A stretch of DNA of 64,000 bases. Source: an uncultured delta proteobacterium. Lineage in GTDB: Bacteria; Desulfobacterota; Binatia; UBA9968. The translations under genes were made by a program, and so were the position numbers. Under the pieces are notes generated by a model. It did not search any database. It saw nothing but the letters and a program-made list of their open reading frames with translations, and was not told the origin of the DNA. Below are positions 19,781 to 29,399 of the stretch, piece after piece. Where the stretch lies: NCBI GenBank assembly GCA_963755715.1, contig CAVWLW010000059.1, positions 160,001 through 224,000 of the forward strand, given 5' to 3'. The number at the start of each line of letters is the position of its first letter. The first letter of the stretch is position 1.

Positions 19781-20809
19781 ATGAACCGAATCTTTTTCGT
19801 TCTCGCTCTCGTCCTTGTTTCACCCTTCCGCACCTGGTCTCAAGCGCCGTTCTATCAAGACAAGACCGTTAGAATCATCGCCGGCTACGGCGCTGGTAGC
19901 GTTGACGACGCATGGACGCGCATGATCGCCCGCTATCTCGGCAAATATATTCCCGGCAATCCCAACATCGTCGTCCAAAATATGCCCGGCGCCGGCGCGA
20001 TGATCGCGGCTAACTACGTTTACAAAGTTGCTAAGCCCGACGGACTCACCCTCGGAGGACTGCGAGCCGGGCTCTATTTCGATCAGTTGGTCGGAAAAAA
20101 AGAAGTTCAGTTCGATTGGCCGAAGTTTACCTGGCTCGGCACCCCGACCCAGATCGAACAACTCATCTACATCCGCGCCAACACTCCTTACAAAACGATT
20201 TACGACGTACAAAAAGCAGCCGTGCCACCGAAATGCGGCGCCAGCGGGACAGCATCGACTGGCTACTACTTCGGCAATCTGTTGGAGGAAACTCTCGGCG
20301 CGAAGTTCAATACCCTCACCGGCTACAAAGATGGTCCTGAAGTCGACTTGGCGGTCGAGCGCGAAGAGATCCATTGCCGCGGCATCTCCATCGAAACCAT
20401 GTTCGGACGCGAGCCGCTCATCGGCTGGTTCAAGAACGGTTTTGTCCGCGTATTGATACAAACCGGCAAAAAACGCGACCCGAGGTTACGTGACGTTCCG
20501 ACCATCTGGGAGCTCATGAACGAGCAAAAGACTCCCGACGCCGGCAAACGCCTTTCGACGATCATCCTCGCGGCCGGCGCGTTCGGCCGGCCGTACATCA
20601 GCTCCCCGGGACTGCCGCCGGACCGCGCAAAACTTCTCCAGAGCGCTTTCAAAAAAACTCTGACAGACCCGGATTTTCAGGCCCAAGCCAAAGAACGAAA
20701 ACTAGACGTCGACCCGGTAGGCGGAGAAGAGCTGGAAACGCTAGCCCGCGAAGTGATTGCCCAGCCCGCCGACGTCGTGGAACGGATGAAACGTTTGCTG
20801 GAAAAATAG
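19781..20809 (+). CDS. Bug/TctC tripartite tricarboxylate transporter substrate-binding protein
   Basis: FYQDKTV, YIPGNPNIVVQNMPGAG, KPDGLTL. Confidence 0.9.
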   Translation: MNRIFFVLALVLVSPFRTWSQAPFYQDKTVRIIAGYGAGSVDDAWTRMIARYLGKYIPGNPNIVVQNMPGAGAMIAANYVYKVAKPDGLTLGGLRAGLYFDQLVGKKEVQFDWPKFTWLGTPTQIEQLIYIRANTPYKTIYDVQKAAVPPKCGASGTASTGYYFGNLLEETLGAKFNTLTGYKDGPEVDLAVEREEIHCRGISIETMFGREPLIGWFKNGFVRVLIQTGKKRDPRLRDVPTIWELMNEQKTPDAGKRLSTIILAAGAFGRPYISSPGLPPDRAKLLQSAFKKTLTDPDFQAQAKERKLDVDPVGGEELETLAREVIAQPADVVERMKRLLEK

Positions 20810-20890
20810 CATTCACAGCTCTGGCGAATTGCGCTGAAAAACGCTTAGAATCCTAGGGATCGCGATAGCGCTGGTCTTGACGGCCCCAGG

Positions 20891-21367
20891 ATGCCACCAA
20901 TGCAACTTCCACTAACTCTTCCCTTGGGACCATGCTGGGAACTCGAGGATCGCAGGGTGGACAGCACCACATTCCTGCAATTGCTCGCCCCAATGTTTCC
21001 TGAGGCAACTACTGTGTTCTTCGAGGGCTCATCGATCGCTCCCAATATCGTCACGATCTTCGAGCGACACGCTGATCCTGGTCCCTACCTACCGAAGGCA
21101 CAGACGCTCTGGTCAACCGGTGCCATCCTGCGGTTCAGATGCAACTTTACACCTGACATATGTGAAGCTTTAGCCAGCGCCTCGCTCCATCACGCCGAGC
21201 CGGAACTCTTCGACCATCTTTTTCTCTATGCGGAGCATGTACCGCTACTGGAGTGGCCGGACGCTTTCTCGAACTGCATGTGGATCGCGTCTTCGATACC
21301 CGAGTCGCGGATAGACGCCTTCGCCGCTGGTTTAGGTGTGAAATATAAGCGCTCAAGTTACAACTAA
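20891..21367 (+). CDS. Hypothetical protein
   Basis: 158-aa ORF whose stop codon lies in the IS target duplication. Confidence 0.6.
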   Translation: MPPMQLPLTLPLGPCWELEDRRVDSTTFLQLLAPMFPEATTVFFEGSSIAPNIVTIFERHADPGPYLPKAQTLWSTGAILRFRCNFTPDICEALASASLHHAEPELFDHLFLYAEHVPLLEWPDAFSNCMWIASSIPESRIDAFAAGLGVKYKRSSYN

Positions 21368-21370
21368 TTA

Positions 21371-22844
21371 GTTCTCACTGAAAAAGTACAGTTTGAGAGT
21401 TTCAAATTTGCCCTGAAGTATAGAGGTTTTGTTCAGAGATTAAGTCGATGTTCGGTAGCAGTCGCATTTCAGGTTTGTTGCCAGAGATTATAGGCAAAGA
21501 TCGCCCAGCCGGTCCAAATGGCGGTGGCCGGCGAGCCTCTGGCCAACACTTTGCCCAGACCGAATTGACGTTTAAGCATGCTGATGGAGGCTTCGATCCC
21601 GCAACGAAACCGCTGCAGTTCTCTAAACCATTGGGTGCGTTGATGTTGGGTTTCACTGGGCGTCAGCCGACCGATCTTCGGGATGCCCACTCGGCGTACT
21701 TTAAGACGTCGAAGCTTACGCAAATTCTGCGCGCTGTAGAATCCTCGATCCGCGGCCAGTTCCTGCGGCGATTGATTGAGAACCTTTTTGGTTTGGCGGA
21801 CTAAAGAAAGCAGATGGACTTTATCGCTGGGATTACCCTGATGGACTTCGTAATGAACGATCACCCCAGAGTCGTCCTGCACCAACTCCATCGTACGACC
21901 AAATTCGACCGGCTTATCGAGTTTTCCCTTCACAATAGCCCGGGCATGAGGATCGAAAAACGAAACAATCCGCTCGCGAATCGATCGTTGCCCAGCGAGC
22001 TTTTTCTCGGTCTGTTCAAGCAGTTCTTTGGCCAACCCGATCTGCGCCCTAAACTTCTCTTTGAGTGGGGCGGGAGCCGACTTCGAGAGTTTCTCAAAAG
22101 CTTGACGACTGTGCTCCAGAGTGTCCGTAGCCAGTTGGGTGACTTTCTTGAGCACTTTTTTGCCTTGGGCCTTACGCTGTTTAGGTTTGGCTTTGGAACT
22201 TTGGCCCCAACGGGCCAGGGCTCTCTTGGTGGCACGCACGTGATTGACTATCTTTTGGCCCAAAGAGCTAGCCGTGCGGGTGAGCGTTCTCACCGCTTGA
22301 TGCAGGATTCCGATGTCACTGGGATATGCGATGTGGGCTTCCAGAGTCGTCGAATCGATGCGAATGCGGCGTGGCTTGATCGAGCGAGTCTTAACCAGCG
22401 ATTTGATGAGCAGGCGGTTGAGCTCGGTCATTCGCTCCTCGCCGAATCGCTGGTTGAGTTTAATCAACGTGGTGGCGTCGGGGACTGTATCCATCAGAGA
22501 CAGATGGCAGAAGTAGCGCCACGGCAGTCTTTCCCGAACTTCAGCCTCGACTTCTTCGTAACTCAGCCCCCAGCGGAACTTCAGATACATCATGCGCAGA
22601 TAGATCCCTACCGCTGTGCCGGGGCGGCCCATGCTATCATCGAAGACTTCTTCGAAGGGCTTGAGCAGCTTGGCATCCCCCAAAAGCTCGTCGACTTTCT
22701 TGAGCTCCTCATCCAACTCGTACAACGAGGCGTCGATAAAACCGTCGCCAAAACTCATCTGCTGAGAAATCACTTTGCGCATGACTTCTTTTACATCAAC
22801 CCTCTTCTCAGACCCAAGAAAATTGTGACTTTTTCAGTGAGAAC
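21371..22844 (-). mobile_element. Complete insertion sequence, IS5/ISNCY-type, 1474 bp
   Basis: 17-bp perfect TIR GTTCTCACTGAAAAAGT / ACTTTTTCAGTGAGAAC; flanking direct repeat TAATTA at 21365-21370 and 22845-22850. Confidence 0.9.
21469..22782 (-). CDS. DDE transposase (DUF772-like N-terminus)
   Basis: MGRP, RIDSTT, KGKLDKPVEFG, ADRGF, RCGIEASISMLKR. Confidence 0.93.
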   Translation of the reverse strand: MRKVISQQMSFGDGFIDASLYELDEELKKVDELLGDAKLLKPFEEVFDDSMGRPGTAVGIYLRMMYLKFRWGLSYEEVEAEVRERLPWRYFCHLSLMDTVPDATTLIKLNQRFGEERMTELNRLLIKSLVKTRSIKPRRIRIDSTTLEAHIAYPSDIGILHQAVRTLTRTASSLGQKIVNHVRATKRALARWGQSSKAKPKQRKAQGKKVLKKVTQLATDTLEHSRQAFEKLSKSAPAPLKEKFRAQIGLAKELLEQTEKKLAGQRSIRERIVSFFDPHARAIVKGKLDKPVEFGRTMELVQDDSGVIVHYEVHQGNPSDKVHLLSLVRQTKKVLNQSPQELAADRGFYSAQNLRKLRRLKVRRVGIPKIGRLTPSETQHQRTQWFRELQRFRCGIEASISMLKRQFGLGKVLARGSPATAIWTGWAIFAYNLWQQT

Positions 22845-22969
22845 TAATTAGCCGGATCGGCGCATGCATGCGCAGCCAATGCCTAAAAATTCTCCATCGA
22901 GCACCGCCGCGTACTTCGCCCAGCGACTGGCTACGCGGCACTTTCCAATAACACTTTAAGGACAGCGCA

Positions 22970-23467
22970 ATGAATACCGATAACGATACTACATTGGAGG
23001 GCGGCTGCACTTGTCGGGCGGTGCGCTATCGAATGACGACCAAACCGTTGTTCGTGCACTGCTGTCATTGCCGCTGGTGTCAACGTGAAACGGGAGCGTC
23101 CTTCGCATTGAACGCTCTGATCGAAGCCGACCGTGTGATCTTGCTGAAAGGCGCGCCCGAGGTCGTGAACACCCCGTCGAACAGCGGAAAAGGTCAAAAG
23201 ATCGTCCGTTGTCCGACGTGCCGCATCGCTCTCTGGAGCAACTACGCGGGAGCAGGCGACGCTATGCGCTTCGTGCGCGTCGGCACACTCGACGAACCTG
23301 ATCGTCTGCCGCCCGATATTCATATCTACACGTCGTCGAAGCAACCCTGGGTCGTGATTCCACCAAACACGCCCGCGGTTGAAGAATACTACCAGAGCGC
23401 TAAGTATTGGCCGAAGGAGAGCCTCGAACGCCGTCGTGCTTTGTTCGCTGCCCCGTCTAGTGAATAG
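22970..23467 (+). CDS. GFA/CENP-V family Zn protein
   Basis: GGCTCRAVRY, CHCRWCQ, CPTC. Confidence 0.9.
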   Translation: MNTDNDTTLEGGCTCRAVRYRMTTKPLFVHCCHCRWCQRETGASFALNALIEADRVILLKGAPEVVNTPSNSGKGQKIVRCPTCRIALWSNYAGAGDAMRFVRVGTLDEPDRLPPDIHIYTSSKQPWVVIPPNTPAVEEYYQSAKYWPKESLERRRALFAAPSSE

Positions 23468-23648
23468 TTAAATGTCGTGGGGCGCGCTTCGGCGCGAATG
23501 CCGGATGAGCAACTCTGGACTGGTAAAATAATTTTAGGTTCTATTGTTTTGCGTTGAACGGCTGGAACGAATGGAACCCCCGAGCCAGCTTTGGGTCAAA
23601 GAGCAGTGGATGTAAACATAGTCCGACGATCAACAACGAGAGGCGAAC

Positions 23649-24570
23649 ATGGATTACGGCGCGCATCTTCCGGTTATAGATTTTGGCTTTCAACGCTTTT
23701 CCCTGGAATGGTTGACGGCCTACGTGCAAACCGCTCGCGACTTGGGTTTTAGGGCCGTCTCGACCAACGATCACTTGATCCATTCTCGTCCGTGGCTGGA
23801 CGCGCCGACGGCTCTTACTGCAATCCTTTCCCACAGCGGAAACATGGCAGTCGGGACCAGCATCTTGCTCTCGGTCGTGCGCGGTCCGGTGCAGGTCGCT
23901 AAGACCATGGCCGCTATCGACATACTTTCCAATGGTCGGCTGATTGTCGGCGTCGGACCGGGATCTTCGGCGCGCGACTATGAAATCGTCGGTTTGAACT
24001 ACGAGGAGCGCTGGAAGCGGTTTGACGAAAGCGTTCAGGCTTTACGGTCTCTTTGGACTGGCGATGGATTCACCGGACGGTTTTATTCCACCGAGGGCGT
24101 CAATCTCGAACCCAAACCGCTGCAAAAACCGGCGCCGCCCATCTGGATCGGCAGTTGGGGCTCGGACGCCGGCCTGCGCCGGGTCGCGCGCCTGGGAGAT
24201 GGATGGCTGGCGTCGGCCTACAACACAATGCCGGATCAATTCAGGATCGGCTTGGATAAACTTCAGAGCGAGCTGAAGACCGTCGGCAAAAATCCCGCGA
24301 TTTTCCCGAACGCGCTCGTCACAATGTTCATGTACGTCACGGAAAACAAACCCGACGCTGAGCGCGTTTTGTCTGAAACCCTCACGGCGTTCCTGCATCG
24401 TCCGATCGATCAGATCCGCGAGCGCCTTCTTGTCGGTCCGCCGGAAGCGTGCGCAGAAAAATTCGCCGCATACAAAAAAGCCGGCGTGCAGCGATTTTTG
24501 TGTGGCCGATCAAGGATGAGCTGGATCAACTTACGATCTTTCAGAGAAGGTCGTGCCGTTAGTCGGTTGA
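23649..24570 (+). CDS. LLM-class (luciferase-like) flavin-dependent oxidoreductase; 3' end frameshifted
   Basis: NDHL, DILSNGRLIVGVGPG, PPIWIG, RVARLGDGW; the true end is probably ...EKVVPLVG*. Confidence 0.85.
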
Positions 24571-24611
24571 TAGACCCGATGCATGAACAATTCGAATTCA
24601 GCCAATCCGCA

Positions 24612-25084
24612 ATGATCACTCTCGATCCCGTCACGCCGCAAAACGCCATGCTCTTCAAGCAGGTTCGCCTTCAAGCGTTGCGCGACACGCCGAAGGCCTT
24701 CAGTTCGACCTATGCTGATGAATCCCGACTCACCGACGCTGAGTGGGTCAAGCGCGCATCGCTGCGGAACGCGAAGGATCAATCGTATATCTTGCGATGG
24801 ACGCCACCACGCCGTGCGGCATCGTCGGCGGATTTCTCGACAAGGACGACGCATCTCGCGCCCACTTGGTATCCATGTGGGTAGCTCCGGTACATCGCCG
24901 ATTGGGAATCGGCCGCAAATTAATAGAAGCGATCTTCGATTGGGCTCGTGTACAGCGTGCGCGCACAGTGCAATTGATCGTCACGAGCAACAACGGCGCG
25001 GCGATTGAGTTCTACAAACGCCTGGGATTCACCCTCACAGGAAACACTGCGCCGTACCGAAACGATCGTCTAAAGCTGAGATGA
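24612..25084 (+). CDS. GNAT N-acetyltransferase, paralog of 14391 (frameshift at about 24770, 3' end diverged)
   Basis: MITLDPVTPQNAMLFKQVRLQALRDTP followed by RAHLVSMWVAP...FYKRLGF. Confidence 0.8.
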
Positions 25085-25132
25085 ATCGTTCGTTTTCCTG
25101 ACAGTGAACTTCTTCGCGTCCCCTTCGTTTGA

Positions 25133-25162
25133 TTGACAGCACTTTCCGCACGGACGTATATT
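25133..25162 (+). promoter_or_regulatory. Putative sigma70 promoter
   Basis: TTGACA-N18-TATATT ahead of the 25216-33126 cluster. Confidence 0.5.
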
Positions 25163-25215
25163 CGCGCCATCTCGCAATTGCTTGATCGCACGGCGAAGAT
25201 TCGGGAGAAATCTGC

Positions 25216-25896
25216 ATGAGCAAATGGCCGGAAGTCGCACAACAGCTGAATCTAATGGTGAACCAGTGGTACGAGACGGCGGAGATCAAAAGAATTTTGA
25301 CGGTTCCGCTCACCCCGACCAGACTCGCCTTTCGCCACTTGCACATGACCTTCTTCGGCAACAATCGCCGCGATTGTTGGGCCGCCGTTTCTTGCAAAGC
25401 GCCGCTCGATGTCAAGCGCGCCATCTGGGAGCATGAAAAAGACGAGCTGATCTACGACCCGCGCATGGGCAAGGCGCATGTGACGGAAGAAGATTTGGGC
25501 AGCAATAAAGAATCCGACATGATTCCCGGCGCGCGTGCAGCATTTTACGCGTGGCTTTACTGCGCGCGTGACAAACCCTGGCTCGAAGGGCTCGCTTGTT
25601 CACACATCCTCGAGCGGCGGAATAATGATCAGATCGTCAAAGGCGGCACGCTCACTCAACGCTTGGTGAAACGCCAAGAGTTGGAACTCGGTATCAAGAA
25701 AAAAGATCAGGACATCGGCACGCAGGTGCATCTGATCGCCGACGTCGACCACTCCGATCTGTTGAACCAAGTGTTCGACCGCTACGTCGTCGATGACTCG
25801 ACCGCGCAGCAAGTGCTCCGCGGCGCCGAGGAGTCCCTCGCCATCGAGCGCTGCTTCCACGGCGCCGTGGCCACGGCGATGGGAGAATTGGATTAG
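25216..25896 (+). CDS. Heme-oxygenase-like (TenA/PqqC/CADD fold) iron-redox protein
   Basis: HEKDEL...KAH, ILE, and HLIADVDH (HxxxDxxH) resemble the CADD diiron ligand set. Confidence 0.7.
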   Translation: MSKWPEVAQQLNLMVNQWYETAEIKRILTVPLTPTRLAFRHLHMTFFGNNRRDCWAAVSCKAPLDVKRAIWEHEKDELIYDPRMGKAHVTEEDLGSNKESDMIPGARAAFYAWLYCARDKPWLEGLACSHILERRNNDQIVKGGTLTQRLVKRQELELGIKKKDQDIGTQVHLIADVDHSDLLNQVFDRYVVDDSTAQQVLRGAEESLAIERCFHGAVATAMGELD

Positions 25897-25927
25897 ACTC
25901 ACAGTTTCGAGTTGATCGCGGGGAAAA

Positions 25928-27070
25928 ATGCAGATTCAACACGGTCTGATTAGCGCCGACTCGCACGTCGTCACAGAGCCCAACGCTTTTCTCAGCCGCA
26001 TGTCGAAAACGAAATTCGGCGAGCGCATCCCGCAGATCAAGGAATTCGAAAACAAAGGCGCGGCGGTCGAGCGTTGGTACGTCAACGGGCGGCCGTTGCG
26101 CACCCGCGGTGTATGCAACTGCCCCGCGGTCATGGGCGATCCGAACCGCAATTTGTATCCCCAGCGCTGGGACGAAGTGCCAGCCAAAGCTTACGTTCCT
26201 ACTGAGCGGCTAAAAGCGCTCGACGCCGATGGCGTCGACGCCGAAGTTTTATTCCCCAACGATCCGAGCTCGTTTCACCAGTATAATGACGCCGAATTCG
26301 AGCTCGCCTGCGTGCAGGCCTACAACGACTCGCTCGGTGAATTGACGCGCGTGAGCGCGCGCTTTATTTCCCTCGCCATGGTGCCTCTGCTGTGCGGCAT
26401 GGAAGTGATCGTCGCCGAAGTGAAACGCGCGGCAAGCCAAGGTCACCGCGGCGTCGTCATGTTCGCGCTGCCGAGTCTAATGGTCGAATCGCTGCCGCAC
26501 ATCAGCGAGCCATATTGGTATCCTCTATGGGATATCTGTCAGGAGCTCGAAATGCCGGTTCACTTTCACGCGTCGGCCGGACTTGCGCGCAAGCTGACAT
26601 TTCCCGAATGGGACGGCTACACGCCCTATCAACAGCATGCCGCGTTCACCGTGCCGACATCCGCATGGCCGGCGCAGATTGTTCCCAATCTGATTTTCTC
26701 GGGCATCGCCTACAAGTTTCCGCGCTCGAAATGGGTGTTCGCCGAAACCGGCATCGGCTCGGTGAGTTGCGTGCAGGCTGCCTGCGATCACGAATGGGAA
26801 CGGCGCCAGCTCTGGCGTCACGGGCTGGATCGAAAGCCGAGTGAACTGATCCGGCAACAAGTCTATGTCAATTTCTGGTACGAACAAGCCGGCATCGATC
26901 TGCGCCATGCGGTCGGCATCGACAATGTTATGTGGGAGTCTGACTACCCACACATCGCCTCGACCTACCCCGACTCATGGAAGTTCGTCGAACGCTCGCT
27001 GGCAGGCGTGCCCGCTGAAGAACGACAAAAAATGTTGTACGGCAACGCGCAAGCGCTTTACCGGCTTTAG
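25928..27070 (+). CDS. Amidohydrolase-2 family protein
   Basis: ISADSHV, DGVDAEVLFP, PVHFH, MWESDYPH. Confidence 0.9.
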   Translation: MQIQHGLISADSHVVTEPNAFLSRMSKTKFGERIPQIKEFENKGAAVERWYVNGRPLRTRGVCNCPAVMGDPNRNLYPQRWDEVPAKAYVPTERLKALDADGVDAEVLFPNDPSSFHQYNDAEFELACVQAYNDSLGELTRVSARFISLAMVPLLCGMEVIVAEVKRAASQGHRGVVMFALPSLMVESLPHISEPYWYPLWDICQELEMPVHFHASAGLARKLTFPEWDGYTPYQQHAAFTVPTSAWPAQIVPNLIFSGIAYKFPRSKWVFAETGIGSVSCVQAACDHEWERRQLWRHGLDRKPSELIRQQVYVNFWYEQAGIDLRHAVGIDNVMWESDYPHIASTYPDSWKFVERSLAGVPAEERQKMLYGNAQALYRL

Positions 27071-27126
27071 GCGTTAGCGGCATAGATCGCAATCGACGGT
27101 TGCATCAATCGAATGGTATCACGTCC

Positions 27127-27193
27127 ACCACGAAGGACACGAAGTTTAGCAAAACTATCCGAACCCTTCGTGACCTTCGTGCGCTTCGTGGTG
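27127..27193. repeat. Inverted 9-bp repeat arrays (CACGAAG / CTTCGTG)
   Basis: CACGAAGGACACGAAG ... CTTCGTGACCTTCGTGCGCTTCGTG; half copy at 9991-10017. Confidence 0.65.
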
Positions 27194-27223
27194 AATGGTA
27201 AATTTTCGAGAGATGACGCAAGC

Positions 27224-28367
27224 ATGAGTCAAATCAACCGCATCATCAGCGCCGTCGATCACGTCGTCGAGTCACCCGATGTTTGGACGCAGCGGCTATC
27301 GAAAGCTAAATTCGGCGACCGCATCCCACATCTCGAACGCTCGCGCGACGGCGGAGACTCTTGGATCGTCGATGGCCGGCAATTGCCGCTCGCTGACGCT
27401 GCTCGTGTCGGCGCCCTCATGACCGATCGCGCGAAAATGCCGAATCGCTGGGAAGAAATACCGAAGGCCGCTTACGAATCCAGGCGCGCGGCTCAAAGCG
27501 ATGGATGACGACAGTGTCGAGTATACCGTGCTGTATCCGAGCCTCCCCGGTTTCTCCGGCGAGTTGTTCGGCGCGATCGCTGATGCGGAACTGGAGCTCG
27601 CCTGCGTGCAAGCTTACAACGATTGGTTGATCGACGAATGGGCGGCGACAAACGAGCGCTTCATCCCGCAGTGCATCGTGCCGCTTTCGCCGATCGAAGC
27701 GACCATCAGCGAGATCAAGCGCGCGGTCAGCCGCGGCCATCGCGGCGTCATCTTCCCCGCCGAACCAATGCATCTGCGCAAGCTGCCGCATATCAATAGT
27801 TCCGACTACGATCCGGTTTGGGCAACCTGCCAGGATCTCGGTGTGCCGCTGTGCTTTCACGCCGGCTCGGCCCCGCAGTTGCAATTTCCTATGGCGCCGA
27901 ACCTGTCGCCCGAGCTCGCGGCAGCCTTCCAATCTATCGTTCGTCCGGCCAGCGCCGTATTCGACCTGACAAATTTTCTCTTCTCGCGCATCCTGCTGCG
28001 CTACCCTAACCTCAAAGTTGTGTTCGCCGAGAGCACCATCGGCTGGGGAACGTTTCTTCTGGAATATGCCGATCATCAATACGAGCAGGATCACTGCGAT
28101 TACGCATTGAAGCCATCCGAGATGTTTCACCGTCAATGTTATTTAACGACTTGGTACGACGAAGCGAAGACCAACGCGCGCCATATCGGCACCGAAAATA
28201 TTCTGTGGTCGACGAACTTTCCGACGGCGAATTCCACCTGGCCGGAGACCGAACATTTCGCAACCAAGTGCTTAGCCGGTATGAGCGAGGTTGAGCAGCG
28301 GCGGATTTTGTCGGTCAATGCAGCGAAACTGTATAAAGTCGATTGGAGTGATGGAGTGTTGGAGTAA
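27224..28367 (+). CDS. Amidohydrolase-2 family protein (frameshift at about 27480)
   Basis: ISAVDHV, ACVQAYNDW, PLCFHAG, LWSTNFP; metal-binding motifs are divergent. Confidence 0.85.
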
Positions 28368-29365
28368 TGGATTATCGGGAAGATTTGTTGCGATGCATTG
28401 AAGCGCTCCTAATCATCGTTGTGATCTCGCTGGCGGGCGGCCGCGGCGCACATGCGCAACCAGCGCTCAAGATGGGTTACAGCGGCGCGGGTGTGGCCCA
28501 GAGTCTCTATAATACCATCGACAAGGCCGGTCTCTGGTCCAAATACAATCTCGACGTCAAAGCGATTTATTTCAATAGCGGGGCGATAACCGCGCAAGCG
28601 TTGGTCGGCGGCGATATCGATCTCACCGACTCCAATATACCGACGATGCTCAACCTCAAGGCCGCCGGCGTTTTGGACGTGAGAATCATCGCCGGCTGGA
28701 TGAACCGCATCACGCTCAGCTTCATCGCGCGCAAGCCGAGCAAATCTCCCGCCGATCTCAAAGGCAAACGCATAGCGATCAGCCGCTTCGGCGCTTCCTC
28801 GGATTTCGTCACGCGCATGCTGCTGCGCTACTGGAAGCTCGACCCCGAAAAAGACGTCGCGATCATCCAATCGGGCGGCAACGATGCCATCCGCATCGCT
28901 GCGCTGGTCGCCGGCCACATCGACGGCGCTCTGATCGGCACCTACGATCTGCCGAAGATTCTCGACTCGGGCTGCTGCGTCAATCTTGCCGACCTGGAAG
29001 ATCTTCCCATCGAATACGCGCGCTTCGGCGTCATCGTGCCGGTGGCGTCGCTCAAGGCGCGGCGCGAGATATTTCGCAGGTACTTAGAAGCGCTCACCGA
29101 AGGCATTTACGTATTTAAAACACGGCCTGAACTGCCGATCGCGATCCTCAAACGGGAAGGCATTAAAGATGCCGAAGGCGGTTACAAGAAAATCGCCAAG
29201 GTGCTGATCGACTTTCCGGTTCCGGATGAAAAAGCGGTGCAAACCGCTCTCGACTCCATCGGCACTTCCAAGGCGAAGCAGGTGCAGGCGAAAGATTTTA
29301 TCGATAGCACCTTGCTCGACGACATCAAGAAAAGCGGTTTCGTCGAGCGGTTGTACGGCAAGTAA
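28367..29365 (+). CDS. NMT1/SsuA-like solute-binding protein (SGCC motif)
   Basis: DLKGKRIAISRFGASSD, C-terminal SGFVERLYGK. Confidence 0.88.
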   Translation: MDYREDLLRCIEALLIIVVISLAGGRGAHAQPALKMGYSGAGVAQSLYNTIDKAGLWSKYNLDVKAIYFNSGAITAQALVGGDIDLTDSNIPTMLNLKAAGVLDVRIIAGWMNRITLSFIARKPSKSPADLKGKRIAISRFGASSDFVTRMLLRYWKLDPEKDVAIIQSGGNDAIRIAALVAGHIDGALIGTYDLPKILDSGCCVNLADLEDLPIEYARFGVIVPVASLKARREIFRRYLEALTEGIYVFKTRPELPIAILKREGIKDAEGGYKKIAKVLIDFPVPDEKAVQTALDSIGTSKAKQVQAKDFIDSTLLDDIKKSGFVERLYGK

Positions 29366-29399
29366 CTTTTCTGAGAAACGTCATTACGGAGGAATTTGG

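Noticed and set aside
21814-22851. 345-aa ORF antisense to the transposase
   Set aside because: It has no recognisable domain and is fully explained as the antisense frame of the transposase.
10227-23467. Prophage or integrative element
   Set aside because: There are no integrase, structural, replication or conjugation genes. Only one weak phage-like domain and an IS are present.
23649-24884. Apparent LLM oxidoreductase-GNAT fusion (411 aa)
   Set aside because: It is created by indels near 24497 and 24543. Each part has its own plausible terminus, and the GNAT matches the free-standing paralog at 14391.
28967-28978. THI5-type HMP-P synthase assignment from the Cys-Cys motif
   Set aside because: The proteins have signal peptides and lack the full CCCFC motif, and there are no thiamine genes nearby.
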